DNA of 64,000 bases from Pseudovirgaria hyperparasitica. Taxonomy: Eukaryota. This document shows positions 51,820-64,000 of this stretch, one piece after another. Both the position numbers and the translations under genes were made by a program. Numbering within the stretch: the first letter of the stretch is position 1; each line of letters opens with the position of its first letter. The notes beneath the pieces are model-generated. The model saw nothing but the letters and a program-made list of their open reading frames with translations. It ran no database searches and had not been told where the DNA came from. The stretch lies in NCBI GenBank assembly GCA_010093815.1, contig ML996584.1, one strand, 5' to 3'.

Positions 51820-52330
51820 GATTTATCATATAGTCTAAATCTATAACTTAGAAGCGTCGTTCTAAAAATATTAGTATAAGTACCTATCTAGCATGTTAGT
51901 ACTAGACGTTAGTAATTATTCTTATAGAAGGACACAGGCTAGATGTAATAATATACTCCACTCTCTATTCTTATGAATTCAAATAGTACTAGTAATAGAT
52001 CTTACTAGACACGCATATATAGAGCTATAGATACGGCCTTCTATAATAGCTATAATATATATAATAGTAGTAATTACTAGGTAATATTATTTTTTCTACT
52101 TCTTTGTTAATCTTTACTAATAGTAATAGATTTAGATTTCTTTCTCTATACTAGTACTTACTAATAGTATTCTATAGAAACATTAAGATTTCTCTACCTT
52201 ACTAGCTAAAGAGTTACTAATCTAATAATAATAGCTTAGATATTAAGAGTACTTAGGCTTCTATAGAGATGTACATTTTCTTACTAATTTTTAGTAATCT
52301 ATACTAATTCTTACTAATTTTAGCATGCTT
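51820..52330. other. Strongly AT-rich RIP relic
   Basis: Dense TA, TAG, CTA and TAA with almost no CA/TG; no ORF. Confidence 0.8.
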
Positions 52331-52394
52331 ATTTTTTCACTGGCGCGCCTGGGTAAGGATCTACCAAGATTAGATTAGTAAAGCGCTTCAAGGC

Positions 52395-53856
52395 CTATAC
52401 ATTGATTAACTTACCCGATGAGCCTGCGCTAAGGTTAAGCCGAGCCACGACGACTCTAAGGTTATACAGACACCTTGGGAGATTGGTTCCCTCCACAGGG
52501 GTTAAATCCCGAAAGTGGTCACCTTTAGTGGACAAGGCACACTCAACGGCATTCTGATAGATCTCCTCGAGCGTTATGTTATACTTCGTATATAATTTGT
52601 CTGATCTTTCTGGCGCAATGGGTTTGAAATGAACGGCGCCCTCGGCGTTACATACTTCATGTATTTCCCCGATTCTGAGACAATGCTGTATGACGATGTC
52701 AGTAAAAGGCATGAGTATACACGTTGCAACAAACATTATAGTACTCCGGCCATCCAGGTCTAGGATGTTTGGTGGTAACATTCATCCAGCGCCCTTCTGC
52801 ATAATGATGGCAGATTGCCTCATCTGTCACGGCAGGTTCTTCCCCCTTTTCATTAAGCTTCCAATGAGTTTCTACAAAGATACCCATACCGTATTGGCTC
52901 AAAGCCTGTCCAACTATGGCCTTTTGCTGTAGACTTTCAGTATTGCAAACCTCTTGTCGATGCGAAGAACATACCAAGTTTCTACCAAAGATTTTTACCG
53001 TTTCCTCAGCTCGGACACTTGTCGTTGCCTTATCTTGAATCCAGTTACTGCTCGAGAATATCATTGCTATACGCTGCGCATCATGATTCCAATTGCCTTC
53101 CTCTGGCAGAAGCTTGTCCAGGGGGGTCTGCGGCACGTCTATGCCCTTAAATATGGCAGACATAGCTGACCTTATGTCTTGGTTCTGCTCTTGCCATATT
53201 TGACGCAGGTAATGTTTTATCTCGGCTGCTGGGAATTCCTTGGAAGTCTTCTCGTTGAGCATGTCCAAGCTCCTCGCCGTCCCAAAAGCAGCCATCGCTA
53301 GGGAAAAGATTGTGTCTGCGGGAAAGTCCAGTTTAACCGCATAGATGAAAAACAGCAAGTTGTTCACGATAGACAAGGCGAGCGGTTGCTTGTACTCTTT
53401 AGGCTTGAGATCTTGCATGATAGAGTCAAGTTCGAGACCCTCCTGGCCGAACAGTGTATCTATGAGCGTCCCAACCAGCGCATGAAAAGAATACATGCTA
53501 GCCGCCGCCATTCTTATGAAGTAAACCTCAGGAGGGGTGAAGTCCGTACAACGTAGGCTTGGGAAAGGACATACGTCCTGGGCAGGATATTGATCGCAAT
53601 GTAAGCTCGATGATCCTTGGGAACCTCCAGCGGTTGTCGCAAGGTCCATATTGTGCAGCCAGTCTACCGGCCCATTCTTGCGCAAGAAAGCCTCCAGGAA
53701 GGCGGATGCATTTGATTTCGTCCAAATGTCTGGGTCGTTTTCAGAGATAGCACATTTTTCGGTTGCGTTAGTGGACGGCCACTGCTCTGCTCGAGTGACG
53801 TGCGCATCGATTGCGATTGAGGATATGAGAAACGTTAACAGAATATTACAAAGCAT
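52395..53856 (-). CDS. Predicted secreted Cys-containing protein of unknown function
   Basis: Signal-like MLCNILLTFLISSIAIDA; spaced Cys (LHC...VCPFPSLRC); probable in-frame intron near 52924-52972 and a second intron joining to ORF 52395-52781. Confidence 0.65.
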
Positions 53857-56674
53857 CCCGAAGAGCAGCCAAAAGCGATGACATAGGCATTGGCTAGTGA
53901 TGTCCACGAGTTACTGAAAAGAGGGAGAGCCAGATGTTAACATCGGGTCTAGATCACGTATATATACGCATGCTTGTGTGTATTGTCACATTGATATGCA
54001 GCGTTCCCCATGTTCGCTCGGGCATGTGATGGGTGCATCATCAACGGCTTACGCTATGAGGAAATATGGCCTCATCCCTGACGTTTCATGGAAGCCCCCA
54101 CTATCGTAGTCTGTAATTAGAAGCACAGGCACAAGCATGCACCTCCCCACGCCATCGATCATGCTAATAGAACTGACTCTTGACTGAGAATGGATGATTC
54201 GTGACATATACACTTGCAGCCACCCCTTTAAGTCATAGGTCTTATCCTCCTTCCTATCATCCTTATTTTATGTCTACTACCAGTCGAGATGATGGCCAGT
54301 TTATAAGCTACATTGTCAATTGAAACCTAGTATAACATGGTTCATATATTGTACTGCTGTAAACAAATATTGATGCGTTTACGAACTATAAAGACATTCA
54401 TAATACTGTGCTGTAAGATGCAACCGTCCGGTCCTAGCTGTCAGCCTTACAATGCTTAGCCCATTATGCCATGCGGGTAATATACCGGCAAGGCTGAGTC
54501 TGTTTGAGCGCTAGATGTAACCCTCTCTCAGATTGGTGACTTGCGTTCTCTAAACTGAGCACCGAGTACGACATTGTCGTACTGAGTGGCGTCAGAGCCA
54601 TGGATGTGCCTACAGGACACATACAACACCGCGCTGAGAACGGCATCGTCATAACAAATACTTTCAAACCAAGTGTGCGGTCTTTCCAATGCATACAACT
54701 TTCTGCCGTACTATTACCCTATCTCTCATAACCAAGATGGACAAGATTCCATCGTCTTCTCCGCCCATCTCCCATTCAGAGTTTACAAGCTTTGCCAAGA
54801 GTGTGCATTACCATACCCACCCGAATGACATTCCGGCCCCATGGGGTTGCATCTACAAGAGCGTTCGTTGCACGACAGCTTATCTTTTCCCCTGCAAGCC
54901 ACGAATCATATCGACGACATATCACGCCTAAGGGCTGGGCTATGGTATGCGAATATGGATGTCACTCTTCTGTGGCATCGCTGAGAACTCGACTCAAGTC
55001 AAGCTTGGTTTCAATGGTTTCAATGGACTCGAGTCAGCAGCTCGACGTTGTTTCCTGCTCCTATTTCGCCACTATCGCCTCTGCGCTTCGCTGTGCCCAC
55101 GGCAGATCGATTTGGGGCGTATGAGCCCATATCTACTCATGCGTTCATGGTTTGTGGTCTGTCAAACGCCTGTATGCTCACGGTTGTGAAGGTGCTCGTT
55201 GCTCGCAGGTCGACGCGACGGTTGGCGGGCCACCGACACATATCACTACCAGCGTGTGCTTTTATGTGGTATGTCAAATAATACTTGGTTCTACGTCTCC
55301 ACGGTCCCACGAGGAAGCGCGGGAGCTATCTTATCAGCTAATGTACTATGTATCCCTATATCTGAACTTAGCTTGTTTCATACACTTCGTGTCTATTTTC
55401 TAACTCTATATCTAGTTCTGTTACTAGCTTTTGTATTTTAAGCTTATTATTAGAGTTAGGCCCTGGATTGGAAACAGATAATTTAAAGATGCCTAGCCCG
55501 GCTGTTCACAATAATCACGAGCGAAAGCTTAGGGAGTTGCTGTTGTGCTCTTGTGCCACACACGCGCACGTACCACAAGCTACACTGACAACGCAACGAC
55601 ACATGATTGGTCAGGAGCCTAATGCTTCCCATTTGTTAAGCTCGTTCAGGCGTAGCTTTACTCTTGGCAGGGGTAACATGAAACTCTGCTGCCACGTCGT
55701 TCTTCCAGACTTCCACGTCCAGGTCCGCGTCGACGGCCAGGTCCACGGACACACGTTATTTCAAACGACTCCATTGTCATTAGCCACATCTTCGATGCCC
55801 TTTCATAGCAGCCTGAGGTATCTATCCTCACTTGTGCCCTTTTCGCTGCCTTTGTTCCGAGCTCTTGGAGCACCTCACACGTCTTCTAATCTTAGGCATG
55901 GCACGCACCTGCACCTCATGCCTGCAATGACTATCCAGGAAATCCCGTAGCCTAGCGCGGCGATCGCGCAGTGTCGCGAGCGTATTGGATATGTATGAAT
56001 TGCATCATACTCCATGATCACAGCACTTTTGGCATTGAGCGATTGATAGGCCGGGTATCTGATGCTCACGTCTACAAGGGCAAGAGTCATGGGCACGCCG
56101 ATAGCTGTAATTACCTCTTGTGTTTGACAGAGGTCCGCCCAAGTCCTTCAAATGGGGTGTGGATCGTGTTATCTAGGAATCAGACGATGACGACCGGGTT
56201 CCTGGGTGTCGCAGTAGAAACAACGTGGACCCACGTGAGTCAGGTATCACAGCAGCAGTCGCGTGGTCATGGGCCTCTTATGAATTGATTGTTTGATGTG
56301 TTCCTGGTAATGTTTCAGGCAGCCCAGTACGTTGTGGCTCTATCACTATCGACGTCATATGATCAGCTCCTTCGATTGTATCGCAATGCACGTCTCACGA
56401 TATTCCTGGGTGTCTCGCATCCCTCAGACTCGTGAATGACGCACGGTGCATTTCATCGCAATGATCTTGCGAATCACGTCATCATCGAAGCCTTAGGCTA
56501 CAATGTGTCTTCCGAGTGGCCTTTCGGGTTTGGCACCACCATTAGTTGCTCAATCGTTCCTAACGAGACCTATAAGCTTCGATATATCAAGAGCCCATCG
56601 GTAACAAGCTTTGTCATTTGCCTTTCCGATTCCGTCCATGTCGGGCAGCGCTCTCTCTCGTGAGTACTACGTCT

Positions 56675-58435
56675 TCAACCTCCGGATATCAGTTGTGGAT
56701 AAAAGTCGTACGCCAAGACTTCAGGACCCTCCCATTGCTCACCATACGGGTTCGTCGACGTGCCGGCGAAGAATTCGTTATGCGCTTGTTGCAGCACGTC
56801 TAGCCACGACGATGGCTCAGGCTGTTTTGCCCACTGGTTGTGGATGTGGTAGGCGTATGAGCCCCGATAGAAATTTTGCATAGTGCGATTGCTTGGTGCA
56901 AATCGATCACGGGTCGCGTCGTAGTTGGCTACGATGCCTACATTGCGGAGAGCAGTTTTCAGATCGGACACTGAGCTACTGCGATCGGCCAAGATGGATG
57001 CAAGAATAGCGAGAGAGCTCCCTTCTTGGACTGAGTCAAGTTTGGTCTTTACGTTCTGTGGGCGGGAAAGATCGAGGGTCTTCAATGGCGCGCCCTCGAA
57101 CGCGGACCATTCAGCGTCAAACTTTTGCGCTCGAAACGCATCGTCTATCCAGGTGAGGCAAGGTACAGTGCACTGGCCTTCATATCCTTCAAATATTGTC
57201 CAAACAGGATCGAAGGCTGCATCGTTGAGCTTGAGGAACTCCTTGTCACGACCATCGGTGAGAGCCATCTTTCCAACTACCCGTGGGTGGAACATTGATC
57301 CCATCCGCACAGCACCTAGTAGGAAGTAGGTCGACAGACGTGACTGAGGACTTAGCGACATTACGGCCGTGTTATAGTCCCCTGGTGCGACCGCAGTGCC
57401 CCATCTTTCGGCCCAAGTGTGGTTTTTAGGAAGCAGAAGCGGCCTTAAATCGCGCAACAGTAGCATATCAATATCGAGATACACGCCTCCGTGCATGTGA
57501 AGCATAATGAATCGCACCGCGTCAGACAGCGCGGCCGGCTCGAAGGGCATGAGCTTAGGATCGATATCAACTCCAGGAAGGTCGAAAGGATGTTCATCAG
57601 GAGGTAGCGGCACCCAGGACGGGAACTTCCACGGCTCGACACGTAGATCCCCTCTCTCGACCAGTGGGAGGAATCTTGCGAAGATTGGATGACTCAATGT
57701 ATCTCTGACAGCGTTTGGATTACTATCCGCATCAAACCACAGCCATAGCTGCGAACAGGGGATGTTCTGAGTGAACAAATAACTTTTGATGAAGGCCTCC
57801 ACGCGCCATGTCACACTTCCCGACCAGTATGTGTGGTATGGTATTACGGGCCCATGGCATGCTCCGCGGGAGGTGCTTGTGGGGGCCTGGTACTCTGGGT
57901 ATTGCTGCATTGTGTTGTGATTGCCATCAGCGTTATCATATTCGGCATGTTGAGGATTCTGTGCGCTCGCTCGTAGAGTGATATCCGGGAGGCTGTAGTA
58001 AGAACTTTCGCCCTCTGCCAGAAGCTTCATACAGCTTGCAATATCTCTTATCTTTTCGTTCTGGACATAGCTTCCCCGACAGGTTTCGACGATAAGTTGT
58101 ATGTCGGCTTCGGTATCGACGTCGGGTCGAGGTCCTAGGTAGTCAGGGCGATTCTCGACGCTGTGAGTAGGTCGATTGAATACATTGGCAGCGGGGTTAA
58201 TCTGCATGGACCGGAGAGGATACGCCGCCGACGTGTTTACCAACAGCAAGAGCTCTGCTGGAGTGCTAGGGACATAATGTCTAGCGTCGCCTCTGTACCA
58301 TGCTGCGAGTATCCAGACGACCCGGATGAGGAGCTCTGTGACAAGAATATTTCTCAGGATTTCGAAAACCTTGTATGCCTGAGGAGGTAGGTTGCGTTTC
58401 ATCGCAGAGTCAGAAACCAGCGTGTCTGCACACAT
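56675..58435 (-). CDS. GT32-like DxD glycosyltransferase
   Basis: YHTYW, FIKSYLFTQN, LSDAVRFIMLHMHGGVYLDIDMLLLRDLRPLL, YNTAV, AYHIHNQW; N-terminal hydrophobic segment. Confidence 0.82.
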   Translation of the reverse strand: MCADTLVSDSAMKRNLPPQAYKVFEILRNILVTELLIRVVWILAAWYRGDARHYVPSTPAELLLLVNTSAAYPLRSMQINPAANVFNRPTHSVENRPDYLGPRPDVDTEADIQLIVETCRGSYVQNEKIRDIASCMKLLAEGESSYYSLPDITLRASAQNPQHAEYDNADGNHNTMQQYPEYQAPTSTSRGACHGPVIPYHTYWSGSVTWRVEAFIKSYLFTQNIPCSQLWLWFDADSNPNAVRDTLSHPIFARFLPLVERGDLRVEPWKFPSWVPLPPDEHPFDLPGVDIDPKLMPFEPAALSDAVRFIMLHMHGGVYLDIDMLLLRDLRPLLLPKNHTWAERWGTAVAPGDYNTAVMSLSPQSRLSTYFLLGAVRMGSMFHPRVVGKMALTDGRDKEFLKLNDAAFDPVWTIFEGYEGQCTVPCLTWIDDAFRAQKFDAEWSAFEGAPLKTLDLSRPQNVKTKLDSVQEGSSLAILASILADRSSSVSDLKTALRNVGIVANYDATRDRFAPSNRTMQNFYRGSYAYHIHNQWAKQPEPSSWLDVLQQAHNEFFAGTSTNPYGEQWEGPEVLAYDFYPQLISGG

Positions 58436-59059
58436 TAAAGGAACGCGTGCAGAGAAGAAGCGAGAGAGCAGGATGGCTGAGGGCCCGAATGAGCGTGTCC
58501 GTAATGAACGTGCTGATTAATGCGCCTCCGTTGGTTGCCTAAATTATATTTTTCTTAGTGCTCATCCAGCATACCCAGACGCTCATAACATGTATATGGG
58601 TATTCCTATATGCTACAAAATTATCATGTAGCCCTATTCCATCGAGAGTAAAGAGTTTATTGAAAGAAAGTAAGATGGTCTATATGAAAAACATAGAGTA
58701 TTACTACCGAGGAAACATGTCCGTCTTCTCTTTCTTAGCCTCTACAATAGACTTGATAAAGAACAAAATACTTATGAGCTAGATATGACTAACTATCTCA
58801 TCTTAGATAGTATAGACAATATACTGTATCAAGGTTTCATTCAGAGATGTAAGTAGAATTAGTGGTAGAGTTGTGCCAAGAGCATAAACGGGTGCCAAGA
58901 GTGACAGGATCTAGCACGTGTCCGTATCGCCATCGCCCCCGAATTCACGATCACTTGGGACTGGCATCAATCTGAACACGCCGATTCTCTCACAGTCATC
59001 GGAGTCTATGTATCCATGTACAAATCCGTGAAGTTGCATGGTCACAGATAGATAGAGGC

Positions 59060-60377
59060 ATGTCCCCTCATCACTCCTCCCTGGCAGGCCTTCTCCATCG
59101 TGTGACCTCCGTTTTAGCTTCTGTCGGCTCGGGAAACCTGAAGGCTCAATCATTTGCTGCACAAGCTGTTGCGGCGGTATTGGCCTGGATCCTGATATAC
59201 GCTGGATACTGGCTCACTTTCTTGAATCAATATGTTCTTGCGAGTATGTGATGTTTTCCGGGCCTTTCGGAGAGACTTCTAACTCGTACGCAGCTGGTCG
59301 TTTCAAATTTCCATACCCTCTTGCCGCAACCTTGATACAGCTCACGGTGTCAGCCGCCCTGTATACAACTCTGCTTGCCATAAGTCGACTCTGGCGCCCC
59401 GATTCAAGTGATCGCTATCAGCCGTTATCTTCGTGGAATCAACATGATGGTGCTGCTTCCATCGGTAGTGTTCTCGAAGAGTCTCGACAGAGACACTCGA
59501 AAGGGCCCACGCCCGCAGTCATCATACAACGAATCCACTCTTGGGGAAAGCAGTATATAATGCTGGCCCTCGTGCTGTGTGCGAAGCTCTACTTCTCGAA
59601 TTGTTCATTGGCGTAGGTCGACCTGACCAGCTACATGGCCATGGTCTGAAGGGCATACTATAGCTGCTAACACGATTCAGATATTCCGACGCCCACAACT
59701 ACGAACTCGCTGAGATCATCGCGGCTTCTCTCCTAATGACATACACCATCGCTCACGCCAATGACGAACTATCTTCCCTTAGCATCACTACGTTTCTAAT
59801 CGCTACCATGAACGCCTTTTTCGCTGACATCAAACCCAACATTCGCCTCCCATGGGAGGTCATATTGTCATTGGTATTTTCATGTCTTCTCTCTGCCGCC
59901 TTTCCCGCAATCCTCATACGAGCGTATGGATTCCACGCGGAGCCTGCCACAACATGGTCTCAACGTTCTGAAGACGGAGATCTTGCTCCTGCGCTGAACC
60001 ATGTTTCGTTGACTGAACGACTTCGCATTTCACTTGAACTACTACGCAACGCCGTTTTACTGTCGCTGCTACTTGTCTTGACACTGTTCATTGTAACAGG
60101 CGAGATATTATCTGTCTGGCGGAACTACTACTTCCTCGGCGATCAATCCTTTATCCTGATAATGGCTGCTAGTGGTGGCCTCACGGCGCTGACGATCTGT
60201 TCAACCCTTCTCCTTGTACAGGCTACGAGCCCATTATTTGTGGTTTTTGTGCCAGTAATGAAGATTTTGTGGCGGCTTTGGTGGTACGACAGTAAGCTCG
60301 ATGGTATGAGCCACATTCGGGTTGTTGTGGGTGGGTTGGCCGGGCTCTGGTTTTCTGGGAGCGGCTCATGGCCATGA
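59060..60377 (+). CDS. Divergent nucleotide-sugar/triose-phosphate transporter family (SLC35-like) membrane protein
   Basis: Three exons; LTFLNQYVL...FPYPLAATLIQL, SNCSLAY, LLVQATSPL motifs; many TM helices. Confidence 0.62.
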
Positions 60378-60656
60378 AGCGGTGAGCACATGTCACGCAA
60401 ACACGAACACCAATCTTGCTCCCGCCAACTCGAACACAGCGTTTATTGATCAACGGTGACCTGATGTCGTGGTTTGGTGAAACAAGAAACAAGAGATAGT
60501 CTTGGCATTATCAGCAGATCTCAAACGATGCATGAAACGTTGCTGTGAGATCCGCTATGGCTCGAGAAAGCTACGTTCAGGACCGCTAAGGCATAAAAAC
60601 GGAGACCGACGTAACTCTAAACCTATCATTAATCTAAGCTTCTACTGCGTCTACCA

Positions 60657-62918
60657 TCACTCGAGCATCATGTGATGTGCCCTAAGTGCTCGCTGATACA
60701 GCGCTACCATTGGTCTTGGGTGCACTCTCCTCAAGTCCCATAATGACACCATCAACCTCCCGTCCCTAACAGCCCCATGTATGAGTGCGACCCAACTCCC
60801 AATCGTCCTCTTCTTCCTCCCGTCAATAACGTTCTGATCCACATCGAATACGCCAGGATGCTCCACCAAACCACGATGCAGTGGCACGCCAAGCACACCA
60901 CGGACAAACTCGTAGCAAGCCTTCGATGCCTTACCTAGATACGCAGCTGTTGTGGGCGCGCTGAAGAACGCGTCACGATGAGAAACGTAACGCGCGAGCA
61001 ATGCAGCACCGAGCTCTTCGCGGAAGCGCTGCGTGTCCGAGAGAGAAACAGGGCAGGCCTGCGACGCGAGATGTGCAGTGAGCACAGGGACCAGTGCAGC
61101 GGCAGTTGCGTCGCAGCGCTCACGAGCATCGAGTGTCGCACTTGCGTACCAAGTCGCAGCGAGCGTCTTTACGAGCTCGGCGTGTAGCTCGTTTGAGACG
61201 GCATCGGCCAGAGCAGGCGTCTGGGTGATGAGTCCTCGCAAGGAGGTATTGAAAGAGGCGAGGAAAGAAGCGTGGAGGACGCGCAGGTCGAGGGCCTGGC
61301 ATGTGGTGTAGAACATGCTGGCGCACATCAGTTGCATGACCTCGACGGCCTGCATGGTGTAGCGCGAAGTCAAAAGAGCGAGCGAGTTGATGGCTTGGTT
61401 GTGCATCTCGGCTGACTGCACATGGCTGGAAACAGGATTTGCGAGGAAGCCGAGCTCGGATTGGTACGCAGCCATGTTGACATCGATACCCTTGAGACAG
61501 AAAGACAGGCTGGGGTCGTCAGCGGCAAGATTTGGCGGGAGGCCATTGTTGAGTGTGTTGTTGATTATCTCGGTGGCTTGAGCAAAGACGAGCTTTCCGA
61601 GCATCTGGAGACAGGAGCGCGTCTTTTCGGATGCGAGGGTGACGGCGGCGGCTTGGAAGTTGGCACCGCTATAGATTTCGGAGCGCTCTGAGTCAACTAT
61701 TGGATTGTCGGAAGTGGAATTCAGCTCTGTTGTGATCTGAACTGAGGCCGAAAGGAGGTCTTCCAGTACAGGGGACATCCATTGCGGGGCGCTGCGGAGG
61801 GCATATCGCTCCTGAGCGAGGCCCGTCTTGAAGCGGTCTTTGTCTCCTGACAGACCGACAACGAGCTTGGAGCCGGCAAGAAACGACCGAAAATTGCATG
61901 CGGCTTCAATCTGGCCACTGTGTGGTCGAACGTCGGCTATGAATGGGTGTGTCCATTCGACATTGGCTGCAAGGGACTCGGACGCCATTGCCGTCAAGAC
62001 CTGAGAGACGACGGCGAGATTGTTCGCTTCATATACGGCTAAGCTGGCTACCGCAGCAGAGGCTGCCGTTCCATTGATTAGACCGAGCCCTTCCTTTGGA
62101 CCTAGGATGACTGGTTCCAGGTTCAATCTTCGGAGAGCATCGTCTGCGGAGGTAGTCAGACCACCATATGCACTCCCCATCCGGACATGAGTATCTGGAC
62201 AACCCATGATGGCGCTGGCAACGTAGGACATAGGCATTAGATCCCCAGATGCCGATACAGACCCACGGAGGGGAACAAGCGGCGTGCAATCGTTCTGGAT
62301 CAGCTGGATCACCCTTTCGGCGACCGGCATGGACACTGCTGAATGGCCTCTGATGTTCGTATTTGCACGAATGAGCATAGCTGCCTTCATCCAGACACTA
62401 GGCATTACATTGCTACCATATTCATCATGGATTTTGCCAGCGATATCTGACTCGGTTACGACTGCCGAAGTTGTGTGCTGAATCAGGGCTCGCTGTAAGG
62501 CAAGAAGGTCTGTCGTTCGAACATCAGCTGATCCCCCGAAGCCGGTGTTTACACCTATGTTCCCAGTCAGCCGATCTAGCCTTTAGGTTGGAGACAAGAA
62601 TGTACCATAAAGATAAGCACCATCAGAGAGATATGACATCAGCGTTTCAACGCTTTCGTTCACCTGGGCCAGCACATCGGGCCGTTTATCGATGGTAGGC
62701 GTACAACGATGTCGTGAAACTGCCACTACACTGGCAATGTCCAAAGAACGACCATCAATGCTAAGCTCTCCCTGAGCAATGAGCTGCTGTAACTTCGTCT
62801 AAGCTCTTTTTGTTTGCTCTGCGTGTGGTCGAGGCCGCGCAAACGAGTCTAGTATAGGCATCTGTGACTTCTGGATGTCTATATCTGGCACGCCTTCAAC
62901 GCCTTCAGCAGTCACCAT
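60657..62918 (-). pseudogene. PAL: Phenylalanine/tyrosine ammonia-lyase with a premature stop at codon 40
   Basis: YG/VNTGFGGSAD across intron 62555-62605, MIO motif GSVSASGDL, KEGLGLINGT, QERYALR, SDNP, GANFQ, AEMHNQAINSL; in-frame TAG at 62799-62801. Confidence 0.85.
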
Positions 62919-63349
62919 GGCGAGGTTTATTTTGCGAGAGCAGAGTGTGTCTTGCCGTCTGGTAGATGGGAGATGAGTCGAGTCTGCAGTTCTCGGGGTG
63001 CAGCCAGATTACTTAACATATCACCAGTCGCCCATTTCCTCACATCCATGTTAATTCAATAGGGTGATGAGCGGTGGCACCATGTGTTCCTCCGAAACTG
63101 TTGAGGATACGTACATATTGCACTAGGTGCTTGCCCAACGTCCACAACTATTCAGCTCGTCAGGCGGATGTGAGCACATTATCCTTGTTGAAAGGTTGAC
63201 AGTAGAGTAGCACTAAGACTGGGACTTCATGGTCAAGGGCATCTATCGCAATTTAGGCTGTTGATTCGATGAGGTTCTAGCACGGGGAGGGCTGCGAAAG
63301 GAACGACGAAGAAGTACTAAGTACACCTCCATGTTTATGGAGGACGACC

Positions 63350-64000
63350 GGTAGGGATCAAGAAGGTTTCGTCACGCGCTAAAGCAGGCTGTACTTCATA
63401 TAGCCTCATACTATAGTATTCGATGTAATACTTATCCAAATAAGGGATGCTCTCCCTAATAGGTTATTCCGTATGCTCTTAGCCGAGTTGCTCCGCTCGT
63501 GCTAGGGAGTTCAGGGTAGAGATGATATATATACTAATGTTTATGAGATTCTCAAGATTCTCTACTCTAGGGCCTAGATTCGAAGTCATTTTGATTTCAG
63601 TCATGTTAGTAGACTGAGCGTCAGAAAAGCCTCTCAACCGACAGAGTTATGACAAAGAGTTATATATCATGCGTATCAGGATATGTATAGAAAACTAACT
63701 CTAAATTACAGTTATAGCCGAAATAAGGATGAGGTATATAAGACGGATCGATTTCGGCGAAATAGGTGCCCCTTCCATGGATCTATAGACCCTCTTTTGT
63801 ACCTAGTTATCTCCTGTTGTTATAGTATACTCTTCATACTTCTCTGTTTTCTCGTTCTATACGCCTATTCTTTAGTATATTGACGAGGGACGGATTCTAT
63901 AACATACATATAGTCTTGGCGTGTATATTGGGAAATGGGTTTTACGGACTTAATCTAATAAACCTCTGTAGGACCTATGGATCTACTACTTTGAGACAGG
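63350..64000. other. AT-rich RIP-like region running off the window end
   Basis: TpA-enriched and stop-rich; no recognisable protein. Confidence 0.6.

Noticed and set aside
51596..52330. Starship or other element inserted into 5S rDNA
   Set aside because: The 5S gene is full length and no tyrosine recombinase, transposase or terminal repeat is visible in the window.
54400..56600. Many short ORFs between the secreted-protein gene and GT32
   Set aside because: No consistent frame, splice model or domain; some coding-like fragments near 55.6-55.9 kb cannot be supported.
63683..63883. 66-aa ORF with hydrophobic end
   Set aside because: Lies in RIP-like AT-rich DNA; the Tyr/Ile/Leu richness follows from base composition.

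Overview
Gene-dense, intron-containing DNA from a filamentous ascomycete (Pezizomycotina: short GT-AG introns with CTRAC branch sites, dispersed 5S rDNA, RIP-like TpA-rich patches). About 28 protein genes can be modelled by eye. Housekeeping genes: CHS4/SKT5 3' end, VMA4, FAT1, IPI1, roadblock, peroxiredoxin, NIPA-type transporter, IFRD, NOT3/5, DTD1. Most unusual items: (1) a secreted Kex2-processed repeat precursor predicted to release about ten Gln-started, GYGYG/His-rich peptides, next to a PDR ABC transporter and a Zn2Cys6 regulator; (2) a head-to-head pair of an intronless SQD2/Agt-like GT4 glycosyltransferase and UDP-glucose dehydrogenase, a candidate glucuronosyl-lipid module; (3) tandem IFI27/ISG12-like genes; (4) a decayed array of ~140-bp repeats beside a RIP patch; (5) a RIP-bordered right-hand block with a mutated 5S rRNA, a secreted Cys-containing protein, a GT32/nucleotide-sugar-transporter pair and a phenylalanine ammonia-lyase with one premature TAG. 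All calls come from motif recognition and manual splicing; no database search was run.
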